Shown: positions 24,975 through 36,954 of the stretch, in pieces
How the letters are laid out: each line of letters starts with the position of its first letter
Position numbering within the stretch: position 1 is the stretch's first letter
Source: Eledone cirrhosa
Lineage: Eukaryota
DNA: 64,000 bases
NCBI GenBank assembly: GCA_964016885.1
Contig: OZ024755.1
Coordinates: 16,058,001-16,122,000 of the forward strand
Reading direction: 5' to 3'
The notes under the pieces: generated by a model
Databases searched by the model: none
Told to the model about the DNA's origin: nothing
What the model saw: the letters and a program-made list of their open reading frames with translations, nothing else
Program-made: the position numbers and the translations under genes

Positions 24975-26627
24975 TTCGTACAATAAATGTGATATATTTT
25001 AATGTCTTCTTGCTCTTTCAATTGCAGTAATTTGTGCAGTGGTATAGTCCACTGGTTAACATCTTGGAATATGTCTATCGTCTTTGTGGTACAGTTTACT
25101 TTTTATGTTACTTCCACTTTCAATTTTCACTTGAAAATCATGGATCTTGCTCTAGGCTTTAGTCTTCTTCACTGACTGTTGTAGATATCATCATCATCAT
25201 CGTCGTTTTTACATCCACTTTTCCATGCTTGCATGGGTTGGACGGGATGGTTTGAGACAATATTTTACAGCCTGATGCCAATCCTTTCAGTTGCTTCTTA
25301 TGACATGCATGGATATGGTGTATTTATTCTAAAAACTGAGATACACAAAATGTTTACAAGAATTATTATTTTTACTTCCTCTCAAACATAAAATATATAC
25401 TGCTGATCTCCGTTGAACTGCTAAGCTGCAGGACATAAATAAACATCATGTAGTTGTATTTAAGTATTAATAAACAGAGGCAAGTTTGGTTACTGCAGTT
25501 AGTGAAAGATAATATCACATTTAAATTGGTAACTATTTGTGTTTTATTAAGTTAAACCTTATATATATTTAGTTAACCCTTTCATGATCATATTTCTAAT
25601 GAAAAACAGCCTATAATTTAAAAAATAATCAAGAATTTACATAGGTTAGTAAAATATCCAAGTTTTTTTCATTCTTCATCATCATCATCATCATTTACCA
25701 TCCACTTTCCATGCTAGCATGGGTTAAATGGGTTGTCCCATTAAGGCAAGTTGGGTCAGGTGACTGTGTCTTGTTCATTTAGGAGTTTCTGGCTGAGGGC
25801 CTTTCCTAATGCCAACCACATTTACAGTGAGTACTAGGTGCTTTTTGTCATGACACCTACACAGTCTCTTGATAGTGGTGGTGTTAGTGATGATGGTAGT
25901 GTTGTTGGCAGTGATGGTGTTAATTGTAGTGGTAATATTAGTGTTAATGGTAGTGGTGGTAGTGTTAGTGGGCTTCATGGTGGTGGTGATGGGTTTGTAG
26001 TAGTAGTAATTATATATGTACAAAGAAACACAAAACCATGATGCTCTACAGTTTTGAAAATCTAGATCAATGATAGTCATTGATGGTTATACTTACTTCA
26101 ACGGTTCCACTAATGTGTATGTGAAATGTCTTTAAGTATACGTCATATATGTATATAGGTCGGAACGAAAGTTCACTAAGAGCACAGCACTACTCTACAT
26201 GTACATCTTGTATGATGTCCTTAATGTCACCTTGTATAATACCTTTTAGTTTAATCAACCATAACCAGTCTAGTTTTTGTCTATTTTTTTTTTTTTTTTT
26301 TTTTAATATATATTTATGTGTTTTAGTTCTGATCTTTGAGACGCTTGCACTTATTTATAAACACCTATAATTCTGATTGGATAAATTTGCATATATGTAC
26401 ATACATCCTTGTGCACAGACACTTACGTAAATGATATAAAATTAGTTTCACAGTCACATGCATTAAACTCTCACTTACACTAGTATATACAGTAAATGGT
26501 ATATATGGATTTTGTTTGTCAACTTTCCATGTCATTTCAGATGAGTTTTATGGATTTGTTTGCCAATATTTTTTGATGGGTTGGTATGTTAAATTGTATT
26601 GGTGGAATTCCATGTTATATCAGAATT

Positions 26628-27402
26628 AATGTGCACAATGCAGATCTTGAGTACACAAGAGATGTAGTGGGATAGCAGGCAAACTAACAGGTAGGGAAAA
26701 CTACGTATGCAGTAGATGTACAGGGAAATTTGACAGTAGAAGTCGCAGTGATAGACACATTTTTCAAATGCAGGTAGGTTCTATAGAAGTGGTTGATAGC
26801 TTCTGGTACCTAGGTGATCAGATTAGCATGGGAGGGGGGTGTTCCGAGGCCATAGTATCTAGAATAAGGACGGGTTGGAAGAAATTTAGGGAGCTGCTTC
26901 CTCTGCTGACAAAGAAGGGCTTCTCCCTGCGTACGAAAGACCGGTTATATGATGCCTGTGTGAGATGTGCGATGCTGCATGGTAGTGAGACATGGGCAGC
27001 AACTGCAGAGGATATGCGATGGCTGGAGAGAAATGAACAAGCATGCTCCGTTGGATGTGTAATGTCAATGTACGTGAACGCCCAAGCATAGATGAGTTGA
27101 GAGAGAAACTGTGTATAAGAGGGATAAGTTGTAGTGTGCGGGAGAGAAGACTGCGATGGTATGGACATGTGATGCGCATGGAGGATGATCGCTGGGTAAA
27201 GAAGTGCCAAGAAATGCCAGTAGAAGGAAGACGCAGTAGAGGAACACCACGAAAAACATGGGCAGAGGTGGTGAGAGCGGACCTCAGATTGCTGACGCTC
27301 ACGGAGGATATGACGAAGGACCATGACAAGTGAAGAGATGCTGTGCTGAATAGGACCCGTCCCACCCTTGCAAGCAGGGAAAAGCGGACATAAAATGATG
27401 AT
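26628..27402 (+). mobile_element. 5'-truncated RTE LINE, same family as 14708-17657
   Basis: IEVVDSFWYLGDQISMGGGCSEAIVSRIRTGWKKFRELLPLL and WYGHVMRMEDDRWVKKC, with the same 3' tail plus (tga)n. Confidence 0.93.
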
Positions 27403-28234
27403 CTACATGATAAATGTGTCCAGTACACTGTGAAAAGTGGTTGGTGATAGGAAGGGCATCCAACCATAGAAAACCTGCCAAAAAAGGGGTCGGATTGGTG
27501 GATTTCCATGAACAGAATTAGTGTTGGTGATCTATATGATAAATGTGCCCAGTACACTCTGTAAATTGGTTGGTGATAGGAAGGGCATCAAGCTGTAGAA
27601 AACCTGCCAAACGAAGGGTGAGAAAGACTCTTTACCTGTGTGAAAGACATGACAACTTCTCTAGTGTTGGTGCCACGATAAAATGTTACTACCACAGCCT
27701 CTGTTAAAGTGAATTCCCGGGCTGCAGATCCTTTCTACATTTGGCTTAATTGTTCAACCCATCTCTCCCTTTCCTAGTGTTGTTGTGTACCCTGGTGGTA
27801 TAGACCTATAATCAAACATCAGTCTGTAGTGTATGGCTTCATATGTGAATGAAATAGGTCCCTGCTCACCTGAGAGATCAGTAACTCTACTTATGTACTG
27901 ATGTGGTCTGTGACAGCCTGTCCAACCCTTGCTACTAGGAAAAACAGCCGTTAGAAGATGATAATAGTGTATCTAGAATTACATTATCCAATGCATCTTT
28001 TCTCTTTTTAAGACGATAGGGTATGATATGAGGGTAATTTGGCTGTTATTTCTAGCAAGTCAAACGACCTCATCATTTCCGAAGAGGTTCACTTGTTGAC
28101 TCGACCCTTCTCTGACCACTCCTTACTGTGTGTCACCTTGCAGACCTCACACTAAATACTTTACTCAGACCTGGAGCTCTCTGTATCCCCCCACCTACAA
28201 TTTACAGATATTGACTTATAGTGTGTTTTAAGGT

Positions 28235-28593
28235 ACTCTTAGGTCTCAAATAACCCCCCCCCCCCCATCGCTTATTAATTTTTTCAGGTTTTTTCTAAAT
28301 CACCTCCCCTCCCCGTTTATTAAATTTTGCTAGTCTATCTCCTGCGAAATTTTATTTTAAGTGGTAGCATTCCTGCGACAATAAATTTTCTTTGTACATA
28401 GCATGTTATACATGACAAAAAAAGAACATTACTAGAAATCCCATGCGTTCTAAAATAAATAGGATGGCTTGGGGTCTCAATATATAAACTAAACGACTAA
28501 TTCTGGTTTTAAAATGTTTTTAATCAACGGAGATAACCTAGAAACATTATCGACTTTCCACCCCCACCCCGCTATTATTTGAGAACCGAGAGT
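28235..28593. mobile_element. TIR MITE with TA ends
   Basis: tactcttaggtctcaaataa...ttattttgagaaccgagagta. Confidence 0.7.
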
Positions 28594-29019
28594 AAATATC
28601 AACCACACTGATCACATCAGTTTGGTTGGAAGTTGCCTCCCTTTTGGATATACAAATGGTGTGTATGTGCTGAGTCCACAACCATTGACATTATGAAGGT
28701 GAAGTCACTAATAATGTATTCTCTAAATATGTTTTAGACTTTATTGTTGAACAGAAGTATACAATGATGAAAGTATTAAAACAATAAACAAGAAAGAAAG
28801 AAAAAGAGGTGGGGAAGAGATAAAATTAACCCTTTAGTTACCAGCCCAGCCAAAACTGGCTCTGGTTCTATGAAATAAAACCACCCATTTTAAAGGTTTC
28901 CAATTTAAATTTTAATTTTCCAACAATTTTATATAAGAACCTTACATTAAGTTACTATCTTTGTAATGATTTTAGTAAATCCCTAAAAATTATTCATTAA
29001 TTGATTGAAATTTTATTAG

Positions 29020-30325
29020 TGGTTTTTTGTCGTGGCACCAACAGGCCATCTTACAGGGTGAACTAGGTGCTTTTTGCTGTTGTGGCATCAGCATGACCAC
29101 CTTACAGGGGTATCTGGGTGCTTTTTTTGTTATGGCACAACTGCCTTACAGGATCAACTGGACGCTTTATGTTGTGGCACCAGCATGACCACCTTACTGG
29201 GTGGACAGGGTGCTTTATGTTGTGGTACCAGATTGAACACCTTACAGTGTACTGGGTGCTTTACGTTGTGGCATCAGCATGACCACCTTAAAGAGTAGAC
29301 TGGGTGTTTTTTGTCATGGCACCAGCATAGCCACTTTACAGAGTAGACTGGGTGCTTTTTGTTGTGCACCAGTATGAACATAGTACAGGGTGGCTGGGTG
29401 CTTTACATTGTGGCACTAGCACTACATTAGAGGGTGGACTGGGTGTATTTTTTGTCATACCATCAATCTGCCTTCCTGAACTGGTACTTCATTTTACTGA
29501 CCTACCAAAAAGATAAAAGGCAATTGAACCAGAACAAACATTGCAAAGCCTTTTTATCTGACATGTAAACAACTTTTCCAGTTCACCTCCACTGACTAAG
29601 CTAGAGAAAAGAAAATATTTTCTTCTGGGGTAGGTCATTTATTGTTTGATTTTCATGCAACACATCAGAAAGCAAATTAATTTATACTGTAGGGTGGATT
29701 GTTCTGATGACATGGTGAAAAAGAACCCAGGCTACCCTATAAAGTGGTCATGCTGGTTACATGACAAAAAGAACCCAATCCATTCTGAAAAGTGGTCATG
29801 TTGGTGACACGACAAAATGAACCTGGTCCACCCTGTAAGGAGTCATAATGGTGACATGATAAAAAGCACCTGGTCCAACCTGTCAGCTACTTGTTTTGGT
29901 GCCACGATAAAAGCACCCCGTCTACTCTGTAAAGTAGTCGTGTTGGTGGCACAACAAAAAGTACCCAGTCTAGTTTGTAAGGTGGTTGTGCTTGTGATGC
30001 GATAAAAAAAAAACCCAGTCCTCTTTGTAAGGTTGTTGTGCTGGTAATACAATGAAAAAGTACCCAGTCCAACCTGTCTGTTGGTCATTTTTATAAGTTG
30101 GGCTGGGTGCATTTCATTGTGGCACCAGCATGAACACCTTACAGAGTGGACTGCATGCTTTTTTGTCATGGCACCAGCATGACAAAGTTACAGGGTTAAT
30201 TGGGTGTTTGTTTGTTTTTTTTAAACCCAGTCAACCCTGTCAAGTGGTCGTGCTGGTGACATGATGAAAAAGTACCCAGTCCTACCTGCCTTTTGGTCGT
30301 TTTTACAAGGTATACTGTGTGCTTT
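29020..30325. repeat. Arrays of a ~44-bp unit related to the RTE 5' UTR, in alternating orientation
   Basis: Unit approximately gcaccagcatgaccactttacagagtagactgggtgctttttgtcgtg. Other arrays lie at 21085-21200, 23560-23730, 49120-49270, 51640-51870 and 57540-57690. Confidence 0.8.
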
Positions 30326-30326
30326 T

Positions 30327-30387
30327 CATTTCAACTGGTTTCCACAAGTTTTTCCAAGGGTAAAACCTGTAGAAACAAGTTGAAATG
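30327..30387. repeat. Short fold-back with a tail to (TA)n at 30485
   Basis: catttcaactggtttccacaagtttt / aaaacctgtagaaacaagttgaaatg. Confidence 0.75.
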
Positions 30388-30533
30388 GTTGGACTTACTG
30401 TTGGTATCCTACCTCTGCATCTCATCGTGTGTCGAGTACAACCCTGATTTGTGGTATTCCCAGTCTTAGCACTATAGACACTTCATATATATATATATGT
30501 ATATTTTTACTTGCAAACAGTAAAAAAAAACTT

Positions 30534-30568
<35 letters not shown>

Positions 30569-30777
30569 CTGACAAGGAAATTAGATGCTTTTCTTCATTC
30601 ATCGTATGTCTTTTTTTACTGTTTGCAAGTAAAAATATACATATATATATATATATATATAAAGTAGAAATAGAAGAGTGACAGAAAGAGAGAAAAACTA
30701 AATATTTTATAGCGAGAGAGAAGAGGGTGATAGAAAGAGACTGATTAAATGTTTTAGTGTGTGTGTGAGAGAGGGAT

Positions 30778-30885
30778 TCACTAAATGTTTTATACTGAGA
30801 GAAAGAGGGATTCACTAAATGTTTTATACTGAGAGAAAGAGGGATACACTAAATGTTTTATACTGAGAGAGGGACTAACTAAATG
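30778..30885. repeat. ~34-bp tandem repeat, about three copies
   Basis: cactaaatgttttatactgagagaaagagggatt. Confidence 0.8.
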
Positions 30886-31129
30886 TGTTATTGTGTGAGG
30901 GGAAGAAAGAAACTAACTAAATATTTTATTGTGTATGTGTGAGAGAGAGAGAGAAGAGACAGTAAGTAAACTAGAAAATACATGTTTGTTCATGGTTTTA
31001 CGTCAAATATCTTAGTGATTTAGTCATTTCTTGCTTCAGATAGTGGTAGAGGTGAGAGAGAGAATGATAGAGACTGACGAAATGTTTTATAGTGATTGAT
31101 ATATACATACACACACACACACATATATA

Positions 31130-31323
31130 GAAATCGAAAATGCAACTGGCGTCTTTTTAAGAATATTTATTTATTTCCTTTGCCGGTTTCACAGTTCTTA
31201 TGCTTTTCAAAAGTTTAATTGAGATGGAGAATTTGTGGTTTGGCTCGCATCTGATAAAAACTGAAATCGGTAAAGGAAATAAATAAATAGTCTTAAAAAG
31301 ACTCCAGCTGCATTTTCGTTTTC
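31130..31323. repeat. Inverted repeat, ~60-bp arms
   Basis: gaaatcgaaaatgcaactggcgtctttttaagaatatttatttatttcctttgccggtttca and its diverged complement at 31262-31323. Confidence 0.85.
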
Positions 31324-31494
31324 TTATACTTTCATGTGTAGGACATCTCATTTTTTTTTATAAAAAAAAAAAACCTCATTTTCTTTTATATATATATACA
31401 TTAACTGTTTTATACCGAGAGAGATGCATTAGATATTTTGTAGTGAGAGGGGCACTGAGATTAAATGTAATGATCACTTACTGATATGTTTATG

Positions 31495-31685
31495 GTAGAG
31501 CCTATAGCGAGACTTCCGGTGCCCCCCCTATCACATCCTACTCACTGTTATCGATACGAAGTTGGCAGCCCGCATGTGCGAGCCCCGCAAGGTGGAGTGG
31601 TTGTTTTAGCGTGTCTCCCTCACCGTCCTTTGGGGCAATGCATTCTCCATCCTGTCAACCGCGACCCAGAGGCGGATTGTAAGTT
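31495..31685 (+). promoter_or_regulatory. CpG-rich promoter or first-exon candidate
   Basis: Local GC/CpG enrichment in sequence not recognised as a repeat. ETS-like ACTTCCGGT at ~31512, CGCATGTGCG at ~31571, and a splice donor ATT|GTAAGT at 31678/31679. Confidence 0.4.
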
Positions 31686-32428
31686 AATTAGAGGTGGGAG
31701 ATACTCGTTCGGACATAACGGCATTGACGTATACTTCGTATGAAAATTGATAGCTTTTTCATGATTGCATTGAAGACATTACTAAATGACAGCCAGTAGT
31801 TCTCCGCGTTCCTATTTATGAGGAGGTGGAGAAAGAGGAGAGTGAGAGAGAAACAAGCACATACACTCGCTTACACAGACATTAATCCTACCCCATGCCT
31901 TGTTCTACCTGACAGGTATTATATTATCATATACTCTACTATATCTTGGTATAAGACAAGAACTGAGTTAATTTATTATCATATACTCTACTATGTCTTG
32001 GTTTAATACGACAAGAACAGTGAGTTAATTTTTTCTTCTTGTTTACCTTCACCTAACTTTTTATCTACTTCGTGCAATTAATTCACTCATGCATTTTTAA
32101 TTGCGAGGTCTGTACACAGACATGTATAATACTCTGCACGCCTCCAGTCAATCTATGAAAGGTTTATATTAGATTAGAGAAAAACACAATCAGTAAAACG
32201 GTAATGGAATGAAAAATAAAAACATTTTTTAAAGTTAAAGCCTTAAAATGCCTCTTCCTTACGCTATACACTTTAATCACATTGAAACTTATTTAATAAG
32301 TTTAAAATTTAAACACTTTTTATTCAAACGTACGTACAGCGATAAGAAAATAGATGTGTTCTAGCGAAAAATTAGGGATGTAGCAGGACAGCGAAAAGTG
32401 AACAGGGATGTATCGGGGGATTAGTGTG

Positions 32429-32459
<31 letters not shown>

Positions 32460-32632
32460 ATGAGAGAGAGCGAGAGGTGGGGGTCAGTAACTCTGTTTAA
32501 GAATTGATTCCCATACTTTCTAAAATCTCCACGGCTGGAGGCCATTTTCTTTTGACAGGTTGAATAAATTGAGGTAAATAACGAAACTTAAGTACCTGTA
32601 CATATCACTGTTGTAACTAATTATATATATAA

Positions 32633-32820
32633 ACGAGGGTCAGCTGAAAAGTTCAAAATTCATAGGCTACCCAAGATACTCATGGAATGACCAAATGAGG
32701 TTTATTTTTCAACATAGTCCCTGGAAAGAAATAATGCAGTTATTAATAAGATGCAAGATTTCACAACTCTAACATCACTCTTTCATCGTCAGCCTATCAA
32801 CTTTTCAGCGTACCTTCGCG
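32633..32820. mobile_element. Tc1/mariner-like MITE
   Basis: acgagggtcagctgaaaagtt...aacttttcagcgtaccttcg. Confidence 0.75.
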
Positions 32821-32900
32821 CGCGCGTGTGTGTGTATATATATATTATATGGTGCATGTCTCTCGGACATGACACCCTTAATTTAATTTTGGATATATAT

Positions 32901-33117
32901 ATAATACAAGGACGATTTGTTAAGCCTTCATTACGTTTATTGATTGGTGACGCGCGTTTCGCTATTGATTAGCTCAAGGTTCGATCTGGTCCGACGAGCT
33001 TTTGATTCCAGAGTCGGGCCAGATCGATACAGATCGAACCTTGTGCTGATCAATAGCGAAAGGCGCGCCACCAATCAATAAACGTAATGAAGGCTTAACA
33101 AATCGTCCTTGTATTAT
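32901..33117. repeat. Long inverted repeat (~88-bp arms) with a single-copy tail at 33118-33218
   Basis: Arms 32901-32988 and 33030-33117, with (TA)n on both outer sides. Confidence 0.92.
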
Positions 33118-34037
33118 TATATTACACTGTTTAGCTCTACACTTCGTTACTAACGTGAACCTAAACATCGAGTGCTCACCTGGGTGAACCTACGGTAACT
33201 TCACGTTACACTCCCTGGATATATATATATATATATATGTAGATAAATCTACCAAAAGTTTACGGCAGTGTCCAATCCGTATGAAGAACTCAATGTAATC
33301 CGGATATCATGAAAAGAGAAGATGCATTCAAAAACTACTTTCGGTGAAAAATAAACGGAAAACAGAGTCAAGATAAATTAATAAAATAGTGAATAAACAA
33401 AGAAACAGTTCCTTATATTAAAAAAAATTCATCATTTTACGATAGTTTCTAGGATATATATGTGTTAGAGTTGGTATGCATATTCTACAGATCTATGTAC
33501 AATATTTATACAAACTATCATATACATACCTACACATATATATGCTGTCTTCAGAAATAATGATATTTGTTTATTGAAAAAACAAAGATTCAATACAATA
33601 GGTCTGTTTGGGAACAGGTTTTGAATTGACCAATAGAGAGATAGTGAGGGTCAAGGTAGTAATATAGTAGTAGAAGAACCTTAAATTATGGGTAGAGGAA
33701 GGTAGATTTCAGTTTTGGATGGAAAAGAATATTATGAATGAAGGATTATTTTAGGGAAGAAATAGGTCTTATGCTGACCTCAGAAATAATTTTATTTGTT
33801 CATTGAATAAAACCAACAAAGATCTAATATATTCTGTCTGTTTGGTAAGAGGTTTAGAATTAACCAATAGAAAGTTAATAATTGGCCAAATGGTAAAATA
33901 GTAGTAATTGAAGCTCATTTTATGGGTGAAGATAGGTCAGGTGGTTAGTAAAAGGTATACAAGCAGTTGCTGTTATAAAATAGTAATGCCAATACAAATA
34001 TCTAAGGTGACTAAAGTTTTACGATAAGAATGTTAGT

Positions 34038-34187
34038 GAAAAAAATACATCTATGAAAAGAATATAAATTAATTTAATTGATGGGTATATTTATATTGAT
34101 AAAATTATACTATAGTATAATTTTATCAATATAAATATACCCATCAATTAAATTAATTTATATTCTTTTCATAGATGTATTTTTTTC
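34038..34187. repeat. Perfect 150-bp spacerless palindrome
   Basis: 75-bp arms centred at 34112/34113. No mismatch found by eye. Confidence 0.93.
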
Positions 34188-34734
34188 GTCAATACTTTCG
34201 TAACGAAAGAATACAAACAGTCTATTTTATAAAGGGAGACTACTCTGTTTTAGTGGTTTTTTTCTTCCGTGTGATAATGTTCACAGTTGGCAATCTTGAA
34301 GAATATTTATTTCAATGATATTCTTTGAAAGAGTTATCCTTAATTTTTAAGCAATGTTGTCTCCCCAGATTTTCATGGAGTTTCCTCTATATATTCCGCC
34401 TGTTCTTGATTATTTCTTTATACACAAATAATTGTTTCTACTTTAGGCACAAGGCCAGCAATTAACCAGTGCATTACTGGTACTTTATTTTATCGACCCC
34501 GTAAGGATGAAAGGCAAAGTCAACCTTATACAATTCATATTTATTTAAGGTGTAGCTTGAAGAATTGTGAAATATAAACTTTATTTCATAAATACATTAC
34601 AAATCGTTTGCAATTCTTTCAGAATGAAAATATAAACAGAGCATATAAATAAATTTACAGTAGAATAACATAACAAATATGTTTTAAAAATATACATAAA
34701 TAACATTACAAATGCTTAGACAACATTATAAATA

Positions 34735-35085
34735 GCTCACGATTCTTTCAGAAAGATATATTCTTTTAATATTACAATATTAAAGAAAATATAAAGGAAG
34801 GGGTGAACAACGGAGCCAACACCAGAGCAAAAGACAGCAACGGCGCGAGTACTGGGCAACCTCTCTAATGATTTTTTAGGCAAGCCAGCACACTCGCAAC
34901 GTTGCCTCGGGTGATGGCGAGGCTGATGCGCTGAAACAGCCAAGCGCCCTCGCGAGATTCGCCAGTTACCTCTATTAGGCGAGCCGCCAGGGAGGAGAGG
35001 AACCTCGCAGTCAGCGGCCCGACTCGCCCAAACATCTCGAAAGCCACAGGCTGAAAAATGTAGCTGGCTGACAGAGTATTTGAGG
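34735..35085 (-). mobile_element. CRE-like non-LTR retrotransposon, extreme 3' end
   Basis: YIFQPVAFEMFG..FLSSLAARLIEVTGESREGAWLFQRISLAITRGNVASVL matches the typical C-terminus of CRE/NeSL-type RLE elements. Confidence 0.75.
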
Positions 35086-35289
35086 GTCTTACTCCGCTCA
35101 GCTGCAGAAGCTGTGGCTCTCGTCCTAACCGCAGCATCCAGGATGAATACTGTTTACAGAATGAAAATATAAACACATAATAGATATAATTAATTATTAT
35201 AGGAATCTTATTAATATAATGCACAAAAATATATTATCAAAGTGATAGAAAAAATCCCCAAAGAAACCATCACTAATTGTGACAATCGG

Positions 35290-35478
35290 TCACACACCAC
35301 AAAGGTCAGCGGAAATTTTCGAGGCAACATTACTGCGTGTGATGGTGAGGCTAAGATGCTTAAACAACTGGGCATCACCTGAAACCTCGGTAAAGCAAGC
35401 TGTTAATGATAACAATGTCACTGTCAGCAACCCAGCTCCATCTAACGTCTCGAATGTCACAGGCTGGAAGGTATTTTA
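35290..35478 (-). mobile_element. Second, more decayed CRE-like 3' end
   Basis: Hand translation NTFQPVTFETLDGAG..EVSGDAQLFKHLSLTITRSNVAS aligns with the 34865-35085 peptide. Confidence 0.65.
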
Positions 35479-35779
35479 GGATTTTATACCGTCGAAAATG
35501 TGTTCATGTGAAAAAATACATAAATTTATATTTTTTGTATTTAAGCTCACTCCGGTTCAAATACTGCTCAGGTTATCTTTACCTTTCATCCCTCTCGATA
35601 AAATAAAACACCAGTTATGCACTGGTGTCAATTTAATCGACTTTCCACTCCCCCAAAATTGTTGGCCTTGTACCTAAATTAAAAACCATTGTTAAAGCTC
35701 ACAAAATAAGCCTTTCTTATTTTTCTGTAGATATCATATATGATCTCCTGCTCTTTATGTTACATAAACTGCTAGTTTC

Positions 35780-35833
35780 ATGACAGTTCTAAAATCCATG
35801 ACCGGGAGTGAAGGAAACTTGTTTAGGAGAGCA
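35780..35833 (+). CDS. Candidate first coding exon of an unidentified host gene (exon 35731-35833; MTVLKSMTGSEGNLFRRA)
   Basis: Acceptor cctttcttatttttctgtag at 35730, ATG at 35780, and donor GCA|gtaaac in phase 0, compatible with the next exon. Confidence 0.35.
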
Positions 35834-35914
35834 GTAAACTCGGTGTAAAATGTTGCATGTATTATGTCTTACTTTCTACTAGGGATTAAAAAAAATAACA
35901 ACTTAGTTTTGTAT

Positions 35915-36147
35915 TGACATGTGTACAGTTGATGATGGTTGAGTGAAGAAGTGCCAATAAATCTCAGTGGAAGGAAGCTACAGCAGAAAAAGACCAGGGA
36001 AGACTTGGGCAGATGTAAGAGGTGATTTTAAATCACTGAAGTTCTCTAGAGATGGCAAAGGAATGCAATGAGTGGAGGGGTGCCATGCTGGAAAAGACTC
36101 ATCCAACCCATACATGGGAAAGCCAATGTCATCAGATGATGATGATG
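35915..36147 (+). mobile_element. Degraded RTE LINE 3' fragment
   Basis: Decayed DDG*VKKCQ..VEGS..RKRPGKTWA coding and a (gat)n tail. Confidence 0.65.
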
Positions 36148-36654
36148 TGAAATCCTACTGTAAGGTGTTATAATGCTGGCAGAAGGATTAGTGGTTCAGA
36201 TTAATTTCTGGAGCTGTAGATAAACCATGACCGAGACATATCCTTTGTGTTGCTCAGTTTATATTTGTTAACAGGTTTGTAAAGTAATCCCTTTAACCAC
36301 AGATTTTATAGTGATTCTGCAGATCATTTATTTATTTCAAGCTGGCATGAACGTATATGGAATGTAAGCATGTGTGTATGTGTCTATTTCTCTGTGTTTG
36401 TATGTGTGTGTCTATTTCTCTGTGTGTGTGTGTGTGTCTATTTCTCTGTTTGTGTGTATGTCTATTTTTCTCTGTGTTTGTATGTGTGTGCGTTTATTTT
36501 TCTGTGTGTGTTTGTGTGGGGTGTGACTATTTCTCTCTCTCTGTGTGCACACACGTTTGTATTTCTCAGTTTGTTTATGTGTGTTTCTCTGACTTTTACA
36601 TTAGTATATATGGTAGTTTATATATGTTACCTTCTTTCTTTTTGTATTTTCCAG

Positions 36655-36736
36655 ACGGATTCTAAGGAGAATAACGAAGAGATGAAGTTACTGATTGAGG
36701 AGTGCATCAGTAATAAAGAGAAATCTTTAGAATCAG
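36655..36736 (+). CDS. Candidate internal coding exon (TDSKENNEEMKLLIEECISNKEKSLES)
   Basis: Strong polypyrimidine acceptor cttctttctttttgtattttccag, donor AG|gtatgg, and a purine-rich open frame. Confidence 0.55.
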
Positions 36737-36954
36737 GTATGGAGTTAGATTATTGTATAACTATAACCCAGAACAGTGATGCTTAAATTTATTTTGTTGT
36801 GGAACCCCTACACAATTTTCAGAAAACTTACAGTACCCATATCTATATTTTACAGACACGCCACAGAACACTCTATTAGGTGAAACATAAGTTATTGTAG
36901 AAAAATAATTTATTCATAGAGAATATATATATATTTCTATAATTATTATTATTA

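Noticed and set aside
29020-29460. CRISPR-like regularly spaced repeats
   Set aside because: The context is eukaryotic, whole units are homologous with no unique spacers, and there are no cas genes.
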